DNA of 64,000 nucleotides from an uncultured Candidatus Saccharibacteria bacterium (lineage in GTDB: Bacteria > Patescibacteriota > Minisyncoccia > Phycocordibacterales > UBA918), in contig CAZXUO010000002.1 in the NCBI GenBank assembly GCA_964643955.1, positions 44,691 to 108,690 on the forward strand, read 5' to 3'. How positions within the stretch are numbered: the first letter of the stretch is position 1; each line of letters opens with the position of its first letter. Of this stretch, positions 19,827-29,600 are shown piece after piece. Below the pieces are notes generated by a model, which had not been told where the DNA came from, did not search any database, and was given only the letters and a program-made list of their open reading frames with translations. Made by a program: the position numbers and the translations under genes.

Positions 19827-20810
19827 ATGCTCGCTTCACACCTCAATCAAAACGTACTGAAGCCGGACGTCGAACAAGTGCCTAACCGCAATGGTTTTGG
19901 CGATGGCTTAAAGGAGGCGGCTGATGCAAATCCGCACGTGGTCGCGCTCTGTGCCGACCTCACGGAGTCAACGCGCATGAGCGTGTTTGCAGAAGCGTAT
20001 CCTGAGCGATTTGTGCAGGTGGGCGTTGCAGAACAATCAATGGCGTCGGTTGCGAGCGGTATGGCGGCGATGGGTAAGGTGCCGTTTATTGCGTCGTACG
20101 CGATGTTTTCTCCGGGACGTAATTGGGAGCAAATTCGCACCACCATTGCATACAATGGAACCAATGTGAAAATCGTCGGATCACACGCAGGTGTCTCGGT
20201 AGGTCCCGATGGAGCAACGCATCAAGCGATTGAAGACATTGCGCTCATGCGAGTCGTCCCGCGCATGACGGTGCTCGTACCGTGTGACGTGATCGAAGCA
20301 AAAAAGGCGACGCTTGCTGCAGCGCAACACGACGGACCGGTGTACATTCGTCTCGCGCGTGAGAAGACGCCGGTGGTGACGAGTGAAGAGACACCATTTG
20401 AAATTGGAAAAGCAGAGGTGTACTACACGAGAGACGCGTCGTATGAGAAAAAACTCGGCATCATTGCCTCAGGTACTATTTTGCAGAGTGCACTTAAGGC
20501 AGCAGAGGCACTTAGTGCAGTGGGCATTGGTGCGTCGGTCATGAATCTTGCGACGATAAAACCATTTGACGAAAAGGGAGTGCTGGCCTTTGCAAAAGAT
20601 CACGACGTCATACTTACCGTAGAAGAACATCAAGTCGCCGGCGGTATGGGATCTGCAGTTGCTGAATTTCTCTCAAGCGTACATCCGATGAAAGTCGTGC
20701 GTATCGGAGTACATGATCAGTTCGGACAATCAGGCGAACAAGAAGAAATCTTGGCGCACTATGGGATAGATACTGATGCAATTGTAAAAGCGGGGACTGA
20801 AGCGTTTTAA
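19827..20810 (+). CDS. tkt: Transketolase, C-terminal (pyrimidine-binding) subunit
   Basis: FGDGLKEAA..VGVAEQSMASVASGMAA pattern. Follows the N-terminal subunit with a 2-nt gap. Confidence 0.9.
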   Translation: MLASHLNQNVLKPDVEQVPNRNGFGDGLKEAADANPHVVALCADLTESTRMSVFAEAYPERFVQVGVAEQSMASVASGMAAMGKVPFIASYAMFSPGRNWEQIRTTIAYNGTNVKIVGSHAGVSVGPDGATHQAIEDIALMRVVPRMTVLVPCDVIEAKKATLAAAQHDGPVYIRLAREKTPVVTSEETPFEIGKAEVYYTRDASYEKKLGIIASGTILQSALKAAEALSAVGIGASVMNLATIKPFDEKGVLAFAKDHDVILTVEEHQVAGGMGSAVAEFLSSVHPMKVVRIGVHDQFGQSGEQEEILAHYGIDTDAIVKAGTEAF

Positions 20811-20814
20811 AAAG

Positions 20815-20856
20815 AAAAAGCCGCTTTCAAAAAATACTTTTTGAAAGCGGCTTTTT
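20815..20856. terminator. Bidirectional intrinsic terminator between tkt (+) and the PfkB kinase (-)
   Basis: aaaaagccgctttcaaaaaatactttttgaaagcggcttttt. Confidence 0.7.
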
Positions 20857-21855
20857 CTAGATCTTCTTTGATACGTATTCTGTGGGAGCGTTTTTGAGGT
20901 GTTCAAGAAGTGATGCACGAGAGAGGAGGCCTTTTTGCGCACCGATTTCTTGCACCACTGACATGGAATTGATTGGTCCCCACGAGAGTGCGGTTGCAAC
21001 GGATTCACCGAGTGCGATTGCAGAGGTAAATGTTGAGGCGAATGAGTCTCCGGCGCCCGTGCGATCGACTGGCGGCGCAGGATCAGGGTACATCGGCATG
21101 TACCACGCGTCGTCGCCATCGAGTGCAAACGATCCGTTAGGGCCGTCGGTAACGACGGGCATCTTTGGGCCAAGTGCTTTTAATCCACGCAACAAGGTCG
21201 GTACATCTTCTTCTTCAGTTTCGAGTATTTGTTGCGCTTCCTCTTTGTTGCAGAAGAAAATCTCAGTGACGGCATAGAGATCTTTCAGCACCTCGCGACC
21301 GAGACGAATCTGAAATGTACCGGGCTGGAAGACGAGTTTTGTCTCAGGATGTTCCTTCACATACGTCGCAATCTCGTGATGGAAATCCATTGAGTCTTCA
21401 CCGACCGATGAGAAGTAGATGTAGCGTGGCGGCATTTCAAATGCGGGCAATCGATAGGGATACGTCTCATGCTTGATGAGAATAGTGCGCTCAGCGCCGA
21501 GTCGGAGCACGTAGTGGTAGTTCGTCTTTTTTCCTTCGTGCACTTTCACGTACTCAGTCGAAACGCCTTCAGTACGAAGTGCATCGAGACAGTCTTTGCC
21601 ATAGCGGTCGTGTCCAATATTGGTAATGATGGCACTTTTAAGTCCCAAGCGGTGCGCAGAGACTGATGCGTTTGGCGCATTACCAACCGCGTTTACGATC
21701 GTCACATCTTTGTATGGAAGCTTCTCACCGAAACTCATTTGGAGTTTCTTGCGACCTTTCGCGTCGGTTACGACCGACGCATCTTTTTCTGAGAGCTGAA
21801 TAAATGCATCGATGGTAATGTCGCCAATTGCGACGAAATCATATTGTTGCGCCAT
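20857..21855 (-). CDS. PfkB-family carbohydrate kinase (ribokinase-like)
   Basis: N-terminal FVAIGDITID and C-terminal TGAGDSFASTF anion-hole motif. Confidence 0.8.
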   Translation of the reverse strand: MAQQYDFVAIGDITIDAFIQLSEKDASVVTDAKGRKKLQMSFGEKLPYKDVTIVNAVGNAPNASVSAHRLGLKSAIITNIGHDRYGKDCLDALRTEGVSTEYVKVHEGKKTNYHYVLRLGAERTILIKHETYPYRLPAFEMPPRYIYFSSVGEDSMDFHHEIATYVKEHPETKLVFQPGTFQIRLGREVLKDLYAVTEIFFCNKEEAQQILETEEEDVPTLLRGLKALGPKMPVVTDGPNGSFALDGDDAWYMPMYPDPAPPVDRTGAGDSFASTFTSAIALGESVATALSWGPINSMSVVQEIGAQKGLLSRASLLEHLKNAPTEYVSKKI

Positions 21856-21911
21856 ATATGCACGAGTATAGCACTCGTACTCTGCGTGATATGATTATTC
21901 TTGTACATTTC

Positions 21912-21988
21912 GCAATTGAATGACACATTGCTTGTGCGCTCCGGGCCGCTAGGCCAAGTCTTACACAAGCTCTATCTCATTCAATTGC
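21912..21988. promoter_or_regulatory. Extended imperfect palindrome in a divergent promoter region (candidate operator)
   Basis: gcaattgaatga-cac-attgcttgtg ... cacaagc-tctatc-tcattcaattgc. The outer 12-bp and inner 7-bp arms are both mirrored. Confidence 0.4.
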
Positions 21989-22017
21989 TTTAGTTTTACT
22001 GACTTAGCTTTCTGCAC

Positions 22018-22986
22018 ATGAGCACGATTTTTGTAACCAGAAACATACCAGAAGAAGGCATTGCGCTGTTGCGTGACGCAGGACACGACGTCGATGTAAG
22101 TGAAAAAGATGGCGTACTCACCAAAGAAGAATTGCGTGCCGCACTTTCTCAAAAACCATATGACGCGGTCTTATGCTTGTTGACTGATGCGATTGATGCA
22201 GAGACATTTGATGCTGCACCGAATGCAAAAATCTTTGCAAATTATGCAGTTGGTTTTAATAACATCGATACGGAAGAAGCAAAAAAGCGCGGACTCGTCG
22301 TCACCAATACCCCTGATGTACTTACCGATACTGTTGCAGAGCACACGGTCGCACTCATGATGTCGGTCACGTCGCGCATTACTGAAGGCGACCGCTTCAT
22401 GCGCGCGGGCAAGTACGATGGGTGGGCGCCGATGATGTTGCTCGGTACCGATCTCAAAGGCAAGACGCTCGGCCTTCTCGGTGCGGGTCGCATCGGTCAG
22501 CGTGTTGCAGCGATTGCACAGCGGGGTCTTGGTATGAACGTTATCTACTACGACATCAAGCAAAATGAGATGATCGAAAAGGATGTGTCGGCAACGTTCC
22601 GTGCGAGTGTCGACGAGGTCATGAAGGAGGCTGATGTGGTCACGGTGCATGTGCCGCTCCTTGATACGACACACCATCTCATCAATGCAGAGCGGCTCTC
22701 GATGATGAAAAAGAGTGCGTACCTCATCAACACCTCGCGAGGGCCTATCGTCGATGAGAAAGCGCTCGTCGCGGCACTCAAAGAAAACACGATTCGTGGC
22801 GCAGGTCTCGATGTATTTGAGGAGGAGCCGAAGATGGCTCCTGGCCTTTCAGAGCTCGAAAATGTTGTCATTACGCCACATATTGCGTCGGCATCGATCG
22901 AGACGCGCGCGGCTATGGCGACGGTCGCCGCGACGAGTATTGTCGATTTCTTGGCCGGAAAAGAACCAAAGAACCGCGTGGTGTAG
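22018..22986 (+). CDS. D-isomer-specific 2-hydroxyacid dehydrogenase (glyoxylate/hydroxypyruvate reductase-like)
   Basis: NAD-binding GLLGAGRIGQRVA and the catalytic R/E/H-containing C-terminal half. Confidence 0.8.
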   Translation: MSTIFVTRNIPEEGIALLRDAGHDVDVSEKDGVLTKEELRAALSQKPYDAVLCLLTDAIDAETFDAAPNAKIFANYAVGFNNIDTEEAKKRGLVVTNTPDVLTDTVAEHTVALMMSVTSRITEGDRFMRAGKYDGWAPMMLLGTDLKGKTLGLLGAGRIGQRVAAIAQRGLGMNVIYYDIKQNEMIEKDVSATFRASVDEVMKEADVVTVHVPLLDTTHHLINAERLSMMKKSAYLINTSRGPIVDEKALVAALKENTIRGAGLDVFEEEPKMAPGLSELENVVITPHIASASIETRAAMATVAATSIVDFLAGKEPKNRVV

Positions 22987-23032
22987 CGCTTTTTGTTGCA
23001 ATTACACCTATATATGATAGGCTAGCTCCCGT

Positions 23033-23683
23033 ATGGTTAACACACTACAAGTGACGACACGAAGTGAGCGCGGTAAGCAGCTCGCTCGTTTGCGTGCCAA
23101 TGGAAAGGTGCCTGCTGTCATGTATGGCCCTAAGGAAGAGGCGACTCCAATCACGCTTTCTCGTATTGAATTCGATAAGGTATTCCGCGAAGCGGGTGAA
23201 TCAACCGTAATCACGCTTTCTGGTCTTGGCGAAGAAAAAGATGTACTCGTACAGGATATTGCGCATGATCCAGTGACCGGAGCTCCACTCCATGTCGACT
23301 TTTATGCGATTGAAAAGGGTAAGAAGGTGACGGTACACGTGCCGATTGAATTTACCGGTGAAGCTCCGGTCGTGAAGGCAGGTGGCGTACTCACGAAGGT
23401 GATCCATGAGCTTGAGATCGAGGCGATGCCGAAGGATCTTCCGCACGAGATCATCGTCGATGTTTCAGCGATTGTTGATTTTGATAGTCACATCACCGTT
23501 GCACAGGTGCAGGCTCCTGTAGGTGTAACAATCCTCAATGACCCAGAAGAGATGGTCGTCGTAGCTGCAGAGGCGAAAGAGGAAGTTGAAGAGCCTGTTG
23601 CACAGATTGATATGGATTCTATTGAGGTAGAGGCAAAGGGCAAGAAGGAAGAAGAAGGAGAAGCTGCACCAGAAGCAGCGTAA
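23033..23683 (+). CDS. rplY: Ribosomal protein L25/general stress protein Ctc
   Basis: RSERGKQLARLRANGKVPAVMYG N-terminus with an acidic C-terminal tail. Confidence 0.85.
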   Translation: MVNTLQVTTRSERGKQLARLRANGKVPAVMYGPKEEATPITLSRIEFDKVFREAGESTVITLSGLGEEKDVLVQDIAHDPVTGAPLHVDFYAIEKGKKVTVHVPIEFTGEAPVVKAGGVLTKVIHELEIEAMPKDLPHEIIVDVSAIVDFDSHITVAQVQAPVGVTILNDPEEMVVVAAEAKEEVEEPVAQIDMDSIEVEAKGKKEEEGEAAPEAA

Positions 23684-23690
23684 AGAATAC

Positions 23691-23723
23691 AAAAAGGCCC
23701 GCGCTTCGCGCGGGCCTTTTTGT
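23691..23723. terminator. Bidirectional intrinsic terminator
   Basis: aaaaaggcccgcgcttcgcgcgggcctttttg. Confidence 0.8.
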
Positions 23724-23726
23724 ATT

Positions 23727-25145
23727 CTATCCATACGCTAACTCGGGAGTGTTTCCGTAGAGCTCGCCAAATATTTTTTCAAGCTCGGGATGCTCGCCGA
23801 CGACGGCAATGATTTCAAATGGAGTTTTGTAGATGCGATTATTGGTGAGGCCGAAGGTATTGAGTACGGTATGGAGAAGTCGCGCGTTGAAGCCGATTTT
23901 GTGCATCATGCCCGTCATGCCGCGCGACGTAAATCCGCGATAGCCGTAGAGCATATCAAGCGGAGCGATTGGTCCTGCCGAAGTGGTATAGACGGTTTCG
24001 TCGATGCGATTTTCCATGTACGGTCCGAGCGAGCCAAGGTTCGGAGTAATGAGGATAGCGCAGCCGTCTTTTTTTAGGATGCGTTTTATTTCACCGAATA
24101 CTCCGGGAAGCTCGCCCCAAAATACATGTTCGATGATGTGACTTGCCCAGAGCATGTCTACTGATTGCGCAGGAATCATGTTCATCGAAGCGATATCGCC
24201 GAGTATGTCGGGGTTCGATGCCTCATCGTTGTCGTATCGAAGTTCTTTATAGTTGGCGAGCGCAGCGACATTGAGCGGCTCGTTGCCAGCGCCGATATTG
24301 AGAAGTATGGGTGTATCTCCTGAGAAAAGTGGAGCGATGTCGCGTCGCGTATCCGTATCAGCAAATTTATTCCAGAGCGGTCGGTAGTCGATGAATGGAT
24401 CGCGCTCGGTTTCGTACTGCATATGGAGGGCGAGCGATGGTATCGGCGTAAAGAGAAAATATCCGCGCTCTTGAAAAAGCTTGTTGATCGTATCGTCTTC
24501 CATCTTTGAATCAGTCTGATGCTTGGCTAACGCGCTAAAAAGATCATACTCTTTGACGAGCGTGTGGTGGTGGAGCATAAAGCACGACGCCGTCTGGAAA
24601 CTCGTGCGCCAATGCCGCTTGCCTGACTGCACGACACGCACGGGCACGATGTTTTCAGGTCGGTATCGGTACGGGTCGTTAAATGGATAGATAGCGACGT
24701 AGTTGCCAATTTTTTTGCTCGCGTCCCAAAACATCGCAATCATTTCAATGATCGCGGTTTCCTCGTAGAGATAATCATCCTGTGCAAAGTAGACGAGATC
24801 ACGCCCGTACGCTTTTCCGTATTCGTAGCATGCACTGATGCTTGCGAGTATTCCGGTTTCTTCAAGTGATGTGAGCTCAACACGAAAGAGCGCTTTCTCA
24901 AGATCTTTTTGGAGTGCTGTGAGATATGTCTCGTCGGAGTGATCATCAAAGATCTTGAGTGTTATTTCGACGTCCGGTGCATTGCGGAAGCAGTGGTTTA
25001 AGGTGTGGATGAGTGAACGTACGCAGCGCTTCGCGGTCTCGCATTTATCAGCGCCCGTGTAGCGACGTTCTGACATTCCGCGTACGCCCTGATACTGCTG
25101 GCTGTCTGCGCGTGAGTGTGTTTGGAGGACGACAAGTAGATGCAT
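23727..25145 (-). CDS. Bifunctional glycosyltransferase (GT-A, QDDY) and class I SAM-dependent methyltransferase fusion
   Basis: The N-terminal half is homologous to 10421..11170. The C-terminal half carries the LNIGAGNEP..DMLWASHIIEH..ELPGVFGEIKRILKKDG methyltransferase motifs I to III. Confidence 0.65.
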   Translation of the reverse strand: MHLLVVLQTHSRADSQQYQGVRGMSERRYTGADKCETAKRCVRSLIHTLNHCFRNAPDVEITLKIFDDHSDETYLTALQKDLEKALFRVELTSLEETGILASISACYEYGKAYGRDLVYFAQDDYLYEETAIIEMIAMFWDASKKIGNYVAIYPFNDPYRYRPENIVPVRVVQSGKRHWRTSFQTASCFMLHHHTLVKEYDLFSALAKHQTDSKMEDDTINKLFQERGYFLFTPIPSLALHMQYETERDPFIDYRPLWNKFADTDTRRDIAPLFSGDTPILLNIGAGNEPLNVAALANYKELRYDNDEASNPDILGDIASMNMIPAQSVDMLWASHIIEHVFWGELPGVFGEIKRILKKDGCAILITPNLGSLGPYMENRIDETVYTTSAGPIAPLDMLYGYRGFTSRGMTGMMHKIGFNARLLHTVLNTFGLTNNRIYKTPFEIIAVVGEHPELEKIFGELYGNTPELAYG

Positions 25146-25262
25146 GAAGGGGAGGAAAGCCTCCTAAGACGTGGCCACTATAGCGTATTTTCTGAGGGAG
25201 CGCATGTGTTTTGAGGGTGGTCGGTAAGCTCTGGTATACTGTATTCGTCATAGCTTTTGTAT

Positions 25263-26600
25263 ATGCGGTTTCTTTTGGTTTTAGTTTTTGTATGTGCAGC
25301 GTGGATGCTCCCTGTTTCAGGAGTTTTTGCGCAGAACCCTGATCTCTCTCCGGAGGAGCGTGCAGAGCTCGAGAAGCAGCTTGCAGAGCTTGAGCGCCAG
25401 ATGGTGCAAACACAAAACTCCATCAATGTTCTCTCTTCTGAAGGAGAGTCCTTGAAGCGCGATATCGCCATTCTCGATGGAGAGATCAAGAAGGCGAAGC
25501 TCCGCGTACAGTCAACTGAGCTTCAAATAAAGAAACTTTCAAACGGCATCGTACTCCACGGCGAGACGATTGAGTCACTTTCTGAAAAGATAGAAAAAGA
25601 ACAGGCGTCGCTCGCACAAATCCTTCGCAAGACACAGGAGATCGACGACTACTCGCTCGTCGAGGCAGTCTTTTCAGCTGAGGACATGTCCAATTTCTTT
25701 AGTGATCTTGATTCGTTTGCATCGATCAAGGAGGCGCTTCAGATTTCGTTTGAACAGCTTCGGTCTGCACGTTCACAAACTTCAGAAGAAAAGACTGCGC
25801 TCGAAGGAGAGCGTACTGATCAGCAGATCCTCCGTGAAGCACTCATTGCTGAGCAAAAAGAAGTAGAGGTGAAGGAGGCTGAGAAGCAAGAATTGCTCGC
25901 AGAGACAAAAGGACAAGAAGAATTGTATCGAAAGCTCAAGTCGGTGCAGGAGCAGACTGCGGCGCAAATCCGCGCACGCCTCTTCCCACTCCGTGATACT
26001 GAGGGTATCCAGTTCGGAACCGCGGTGACCTATGCGAAGGCAGCAGCTCAGAAGACCGGCGTGCGCGCCGCACTCATCCTTGCGATTCTTTCGCAGGAGT
26101 CTGATCTCGGCAAAAATGTCGGCCAGTGTCTCATCACGGACATCACAACCGGCGATGGTAAAGGAAAGAACACTGGTACGCCGTTCCCCGGCACGATGAA
26201 GGCGCCGCGCGATACGGTGCCGTTTGAACGCATCCTCGCAGCATCAGGCCGCAGCTGGGCAAATACGCCAGTCTCATGTCCGCAGCCCGGAGGCTACGGC
26301 GGCGCGATGGGTCCAACCCAGTTCATCCCATCAACGTGGGAAATGTACGAGGCCCGTATCAAGAGCGCGCTCGGCGTATCGGCGGCAGACCCATGGAATG
26401 CTCAGCATGCCATTACCGCAACAGGTCTTTACCTCTCTGATGTCGGTGCAAATGGTGGAAGCTATCTCGCAGAACATACAGCAGCAGCGCGCTACTATGC
26501 CGGTGGCAACTGGGCGACTTCAGGTCAAAATTACGCCAATCAGGTAATGCAGAAGGCGACCCAGTTCCAGAAAGACATCGACTTCTTGAGTGCCAACTAA
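25263..26600 (+). CDS. Secreted coiled-coil protein with C-terminal lytic-transglycosylase-like (SLT/GH23-like) domain
   Basis: Signal peptide, about 250 aa of heptad-rich sequence, then LSQESDLGKN and GAMGPTQFIPSTW motifs. The track start at 25257 is TTG; the ATG at 25263 is preferred. Confidence 0.5.
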   Translation: MRFLLVLVFVCAAWMLPVSGVFAQNPDLSPEERAELEKQLAELERQMVQTQNSINVLSSEGESLKRDIAILDGEIKKAKLRVQSTELQIKKLSNGIVLHGETIESLSEKIEKEQASLAQILRKTQEIDDYSLVEAVFSAEDMSNFFSDLDSFASIKEALQISFEQLRSARSQTSEEKTALEGERTDQQILREALIAEQKEVEVKEAEKQELLAETKGQEELYRKLKSVQEQTAAQIRARLFPLRDTEGIQFGTAVTYAKAAAQKTGVRAALILAILSQESDLGKNVGQCLITDITTGDGKGKNTGTPFPGTMKAPRDTVPFERILAASGRSWANTPVSCPQPGGYGGAMGPTQFIPSTWEMYEARIKSALGVSAADPWNAQHAITATGLYLSDVGANGGSYLAEHTAAARYYAGGNWATSGQNYANQVMQKATQFQKDIDFLSAN

Positions 26601-26653
26601 GGGGCGGGCTGCCCGTTGCGGAAAAATACTTTTCTGGTATAGTGCTCTGACAT

Positions 26654-26923
26654 ATGAAGGCAGACATTCACCCAAACAACTACCGACCGGTCATTTTTCA
26701 TGACAACTCAAGCGGGAAGCGATTCCTTATCGGCTCTACTGTTGCCACAACTGAGACGGCAAAGTGGGAAGATGGCGAAGAGTACCCAGTGACGTACGTG
26801 GAAGTCTCAAGCGCGTCACATCCGTTCTATACCGGAAACGAGAAGGTGATGGACACAGCAGGTCGCGTGGAGAAATTCAAAATGCGCGCCGAAGCTGCAG
26901 CTGCAAAGCGCAAGAAGAAATAG
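26654..26923 (+). CDS. rpmE: Ribosomal protein L31
   Basis: MKADIHP start with a basic lysine-rich C-terminal tail. No CxxC pair is evident, suggesting a non-zinc-ribbon form. Confidence 0.8.
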   Translation: MKADIHPNNYRPVIFHDNSSGKRFLIGSTVATTETAKWEDGEEYPVTYVEVSSASHPFYTGNEKVMDTAGRVEKFKMRAEAAAAKRKKK

Positions 26924-26930
26924 TTCGCTC

Positions 26931-27088
26931 GGTCTCCCCAATCACGAGACGAGTGCTCCAACCTCAAGAAAACATCGTCGTCTCCACGACGAAAAAACGA
27001 AACTCGACTGCGTCTCAAACAGTCGTTTTTTCTGTTTTGACTCCCTGTTTTCTAAAATGTTTCCGCAAGTCTCGTGATTGGGGAGACC
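26931..27088. mobile_element. MITE-like element: 158 bp with perfect 20-bp terminal inverted repeats flanked by a 6-bp direct repeat (TCGCTC)
   Basis: ggtctccccaatcacgagac (26931-26950) pairs with gtctcgtgattggggagacc (27069-27088). TCGCTC lies immediately outside both ends. The interior contains two further hairpins. No ORF is present. Confidence 0.5.
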
Positions 27089-27127
27089 TCGCTCAGCGTG
27101 GGGGCTTATGGCATACTGGCGTGGTAT

Positions 27128-28123
27128 ATGGCAATGGATCAGAAAACTGACTACGATATCGACACGTTCCGCAAAGATCAGCGGACGCAGTTTTTGGCGA
27201 GCCACTATGATTCCCTCGAGGCTCGCTCGGCGGAGCTCACGGAGCTGCTTGCCGATCCTGCGATGAAAGAAATGGCCGAGGAGGAGGCGGCTGAACTCAC
27301 GCGCCAGAAGGAAGAGCTCTTTGCGGAGATGGCGCGCATCCTCGAGGCAGGGCGTGAAGAGGAGGAGCGACCGTATGGCGTGGTGCTTGAGGTGCGCGCG
27401 GGAGCGGGAGGTGAGGAGGCTGCGCTTTTTGCAGAGGAGCTCGCACAGATGTATTGCACCTATGCGCTTGCGCAGCGATGGAGCGTGAGTACTGCGTCTG
27501 AGTCGCGCGCGAGCCAAGGCGGCTACAAAGAAGCGACCTTTGAAATCATCGGTCCGGGCGCGTACGACGCGCTTCGCTATGAGACAGGAGTGCATCGTGT
27601 ACAGCGTATTCCGGTGACCGAAAAGGCGGGGCGTATTCATACGTCGACTGCATCGGTTGCGATCCTGCCGATGCGCAAGCGACCGACGATTGATATCAAT
27701 CCATCAGACATTGAAATGGAGTTTACGCGCTCAGGTGGCGCTGGTGGACAAAACGTCAACAAAGTAGAGACCGCGGTGCGGCTCGTCCACAAGCCGACTG
27801 GAGTTGAGGCTCGCTCGCAGTCCGAGCGCTCTCAGCAGAAGAATCGCGAGAAAGCCATGAGTATCTTGATCGCAAAGCTTGAGTCGGCACATGAGGAAGA
27901 AGAGCGTGCAAAGCATGCCGAGACGCGTCGCAACCAGATCGGTACCGGCGACCGCTCGGAGAAGATTCGTACCTACAATTTCCCCCAGAGCCGCATCACT
28001 GACCACCGTATTAAGGAGTCATGGCATAACCTCGAGGAGGTGCTCGCGGGCGGCCTCGATGGGGTAGTGGAGTCCCTTACGGCGGCCGCCCGCGGTGAGG
28101 TTGCGGAAACCGACCCTGTGTGA
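27128..28123 (+). CDS. prfA: Peptide chain release factor 1
   Basis: GGQ motif ([11 protein letters not shown]) and an RF1-type PVT tripeptide at the PxT position. The start is uncertain (ATG 27128 or 27134); the track GTG at 27074 lies inside the MITE terminal repeat. Confidence 0.85.
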   Translation: MAMDQKTDYDIDTFRKDQRTQFLASHYDSLEARSAELTELLADPAMKEMAEEEAAELTRQKEELFAEMARILEAGREEEERPYGVVLEVRAGAGGEEAALFAEELAQMYCTYALAQRWSVSTASESRASQGGYKEATFEIIGPGAYDALRYETGVHRVQRIPVTEKAGRIHTSTASVAILPMRKRPTIDINPSDIEMEFTRSGGAGGQNVNKVETAVRLVHKPTGVEARSQSERSQQKNREKAMSILIAKLESAHEEEERAKHAETRRNQIGTGDRSEKIRTYNFPQSRITDHRIKESWHNLEEVLAGGLDGVVESLTAAARGEVAETDPV

Positions 28124-28202
28124 TACCGTGAGTGCACCGCGTAACGACGCGTTTTTTCTTGCCATTTTTGGCATATCCGCGTCGACGAAGGACTAATATT
28201 AT

Positions 28203-28976
28203 ATGGTAACTGACACACAAAAATCAGCAGAAACGAGCTCGCTCATCAAGCGGCTCTTTGACGTAGGTGCGCACTTTGGCTTTTCAAAGTCACGCCGACA
28301 TCCGACCGCAATGCCGTACCTCTTCGGCAGCAAGCAGGGAACTGATATTTTTGATCTTGAGAAGACAAGCGTTCTCCTTACGGACGCTGCTGAATACGTA
28401 CGAACACTCGGTACACTCGGCAAGCAGGTTCTTTTTGTGGGAACAAAAGAAGAAGTAAAGGAGCTTGTTAAAGAGAGCGCCCTCGCTGTTGATATGCCGT
28501 ACGTAACCAATCGTTGGATTGGCGGCATCCTCACCAACGCTTCAGAGATCCACAAGCGCATCGGACGCCTTGCGTCACATCGCTCACAGCAGGATTCTGG
28601 TGAACTCGAGCGCAAGTACACAAAGAAGGAGCGCGTGATGATCGGTCGTGAGACAGACAAGCTCAACTTCAACTTTGGTGGTATTACTGCAATGGAGCGC
28701 GCTCCCGCAGCACTTATTGTGGTTGACCCACGTCATGATGCGATCGCCGTCAAAGAGGCAAACGATATGAACATTCCAGTCGTTGCCATCATGAGTTCTG
28801 ACTGCAATGCTGATATGGTAACGAAGCCAATCTTCGTGAACGACGCGCACCGCGCAAGCGTGACGCTCGCTCTCGGTGAGCTCGTTGCCGCATATCGCGC
28901 AGGACGCACTGCGTACGTTCCACCTCCAGCACCGGAACGTCCGCGCATGCGCATGCAGTCTACGCCGCGCGCGTAA
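28203..28976 (+). CDS. rpsB: Ribosomal protein S2
   Basis: LFDVGAHFGFSKSRRHP..NRWIGGILTN. Confidence 0.9.
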   Translation: MVTDTQKSAETSSLIKRLFDVGAHFGFSKSRRHPTAMPYLFGSKQGTDIFDLEKTSVLLTDAAEYVRTLGTLGKQVLFVGTKEEVKELVKESALAVDMPYVTNRWIGGILTNASEIHKRIGRLASHRSQQDSGELERKYTKKERVMIGRETDKLNFNFGGITAMERAPAALIVVDPRHDAIAVKEANDMNIPVVAIMSSDCNADMVTKPIFVNDAHRASVTLALGELVAAYRAGRTAYVPPPAPERPRMRMQSTPRA

Positions 28977-29010
28977 TCGCGTTTTTTAGTCGCTCTTAAT
29001 TTTTTGTCTG

Positions 29011-29595
29011 ATGGCAATTACCTCAGCAGATATCAAAGCATTGCGTGATGAGACCGGTATTTCGGTTATGCAATGTAAAGTCGCGCTTGAAGAAGCAGGT
29101 GGCGACATGGAAAAAGCTCGCATCATTCTCCGCAAGCGCGGAGCTGAGGCAGCATCAAAGAAGTCTGATCGTACACTCGGCGCCGGTGCTATTGGTGCGT
29201 ATGTTCATACGACCAATGAAGTAGCTGCGCTCGTACACCTCTCATGTGAGACTGACTTCGTGGCAAAAAATGAAGAGTTTGTTGCGCTCGCACGCGAGAT
29301 CGCGATGCACGTGACCGCGCTCGCACCACAGTATCTTACGCGCGATGAGATCGACGCTGCAGCCTTTGAAAAGGCAAAGGAGGTATTTAAGGGTGAGATC
29401 GAGGGTAAGCCCGCAGATCTTCAGGAGAAGATTCTCGCCGGAAAGCTTGATTCGTACTTTAAGGATCAAGTATTGCTCGAGCAGTCGTTCATCAAGGATC
29501 CGACGCGCACGATCAACGATCTCGTCGAAGGTGCGACGCAGAAATTTGGTGAACGCGTAGTAATCTCGGCGATGAGCCGTCTGTCGGTTAAGTAA
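29011..29595 (+). CDS. tsf: Elongation factor Ts (short form)
   Basis: ALRDETGISVMQCKVALEEAGGDMEKA UBA-like N-terminus. In the canonical rpsB-tsf arrangement. Confidence 0.9.
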   Translation: MAITSADIKALRDETGISVMQCKVALEEAGGDMEKARIILRKRGAEAASKKSDRTLGAGAIGAYVHTTNEVAALVHLSCETDFVAKNEEFVALAREIAMHVTALAPQYLTRDEIDAAAFEKAKEVFKGEIEGKPADLQEKILAGKLDSYFKDQVLLEQSFIKDPTRTINDLVEGATQKFGERVVISAMSRLSVK

Positions 29596-29600
29596 GGGGT

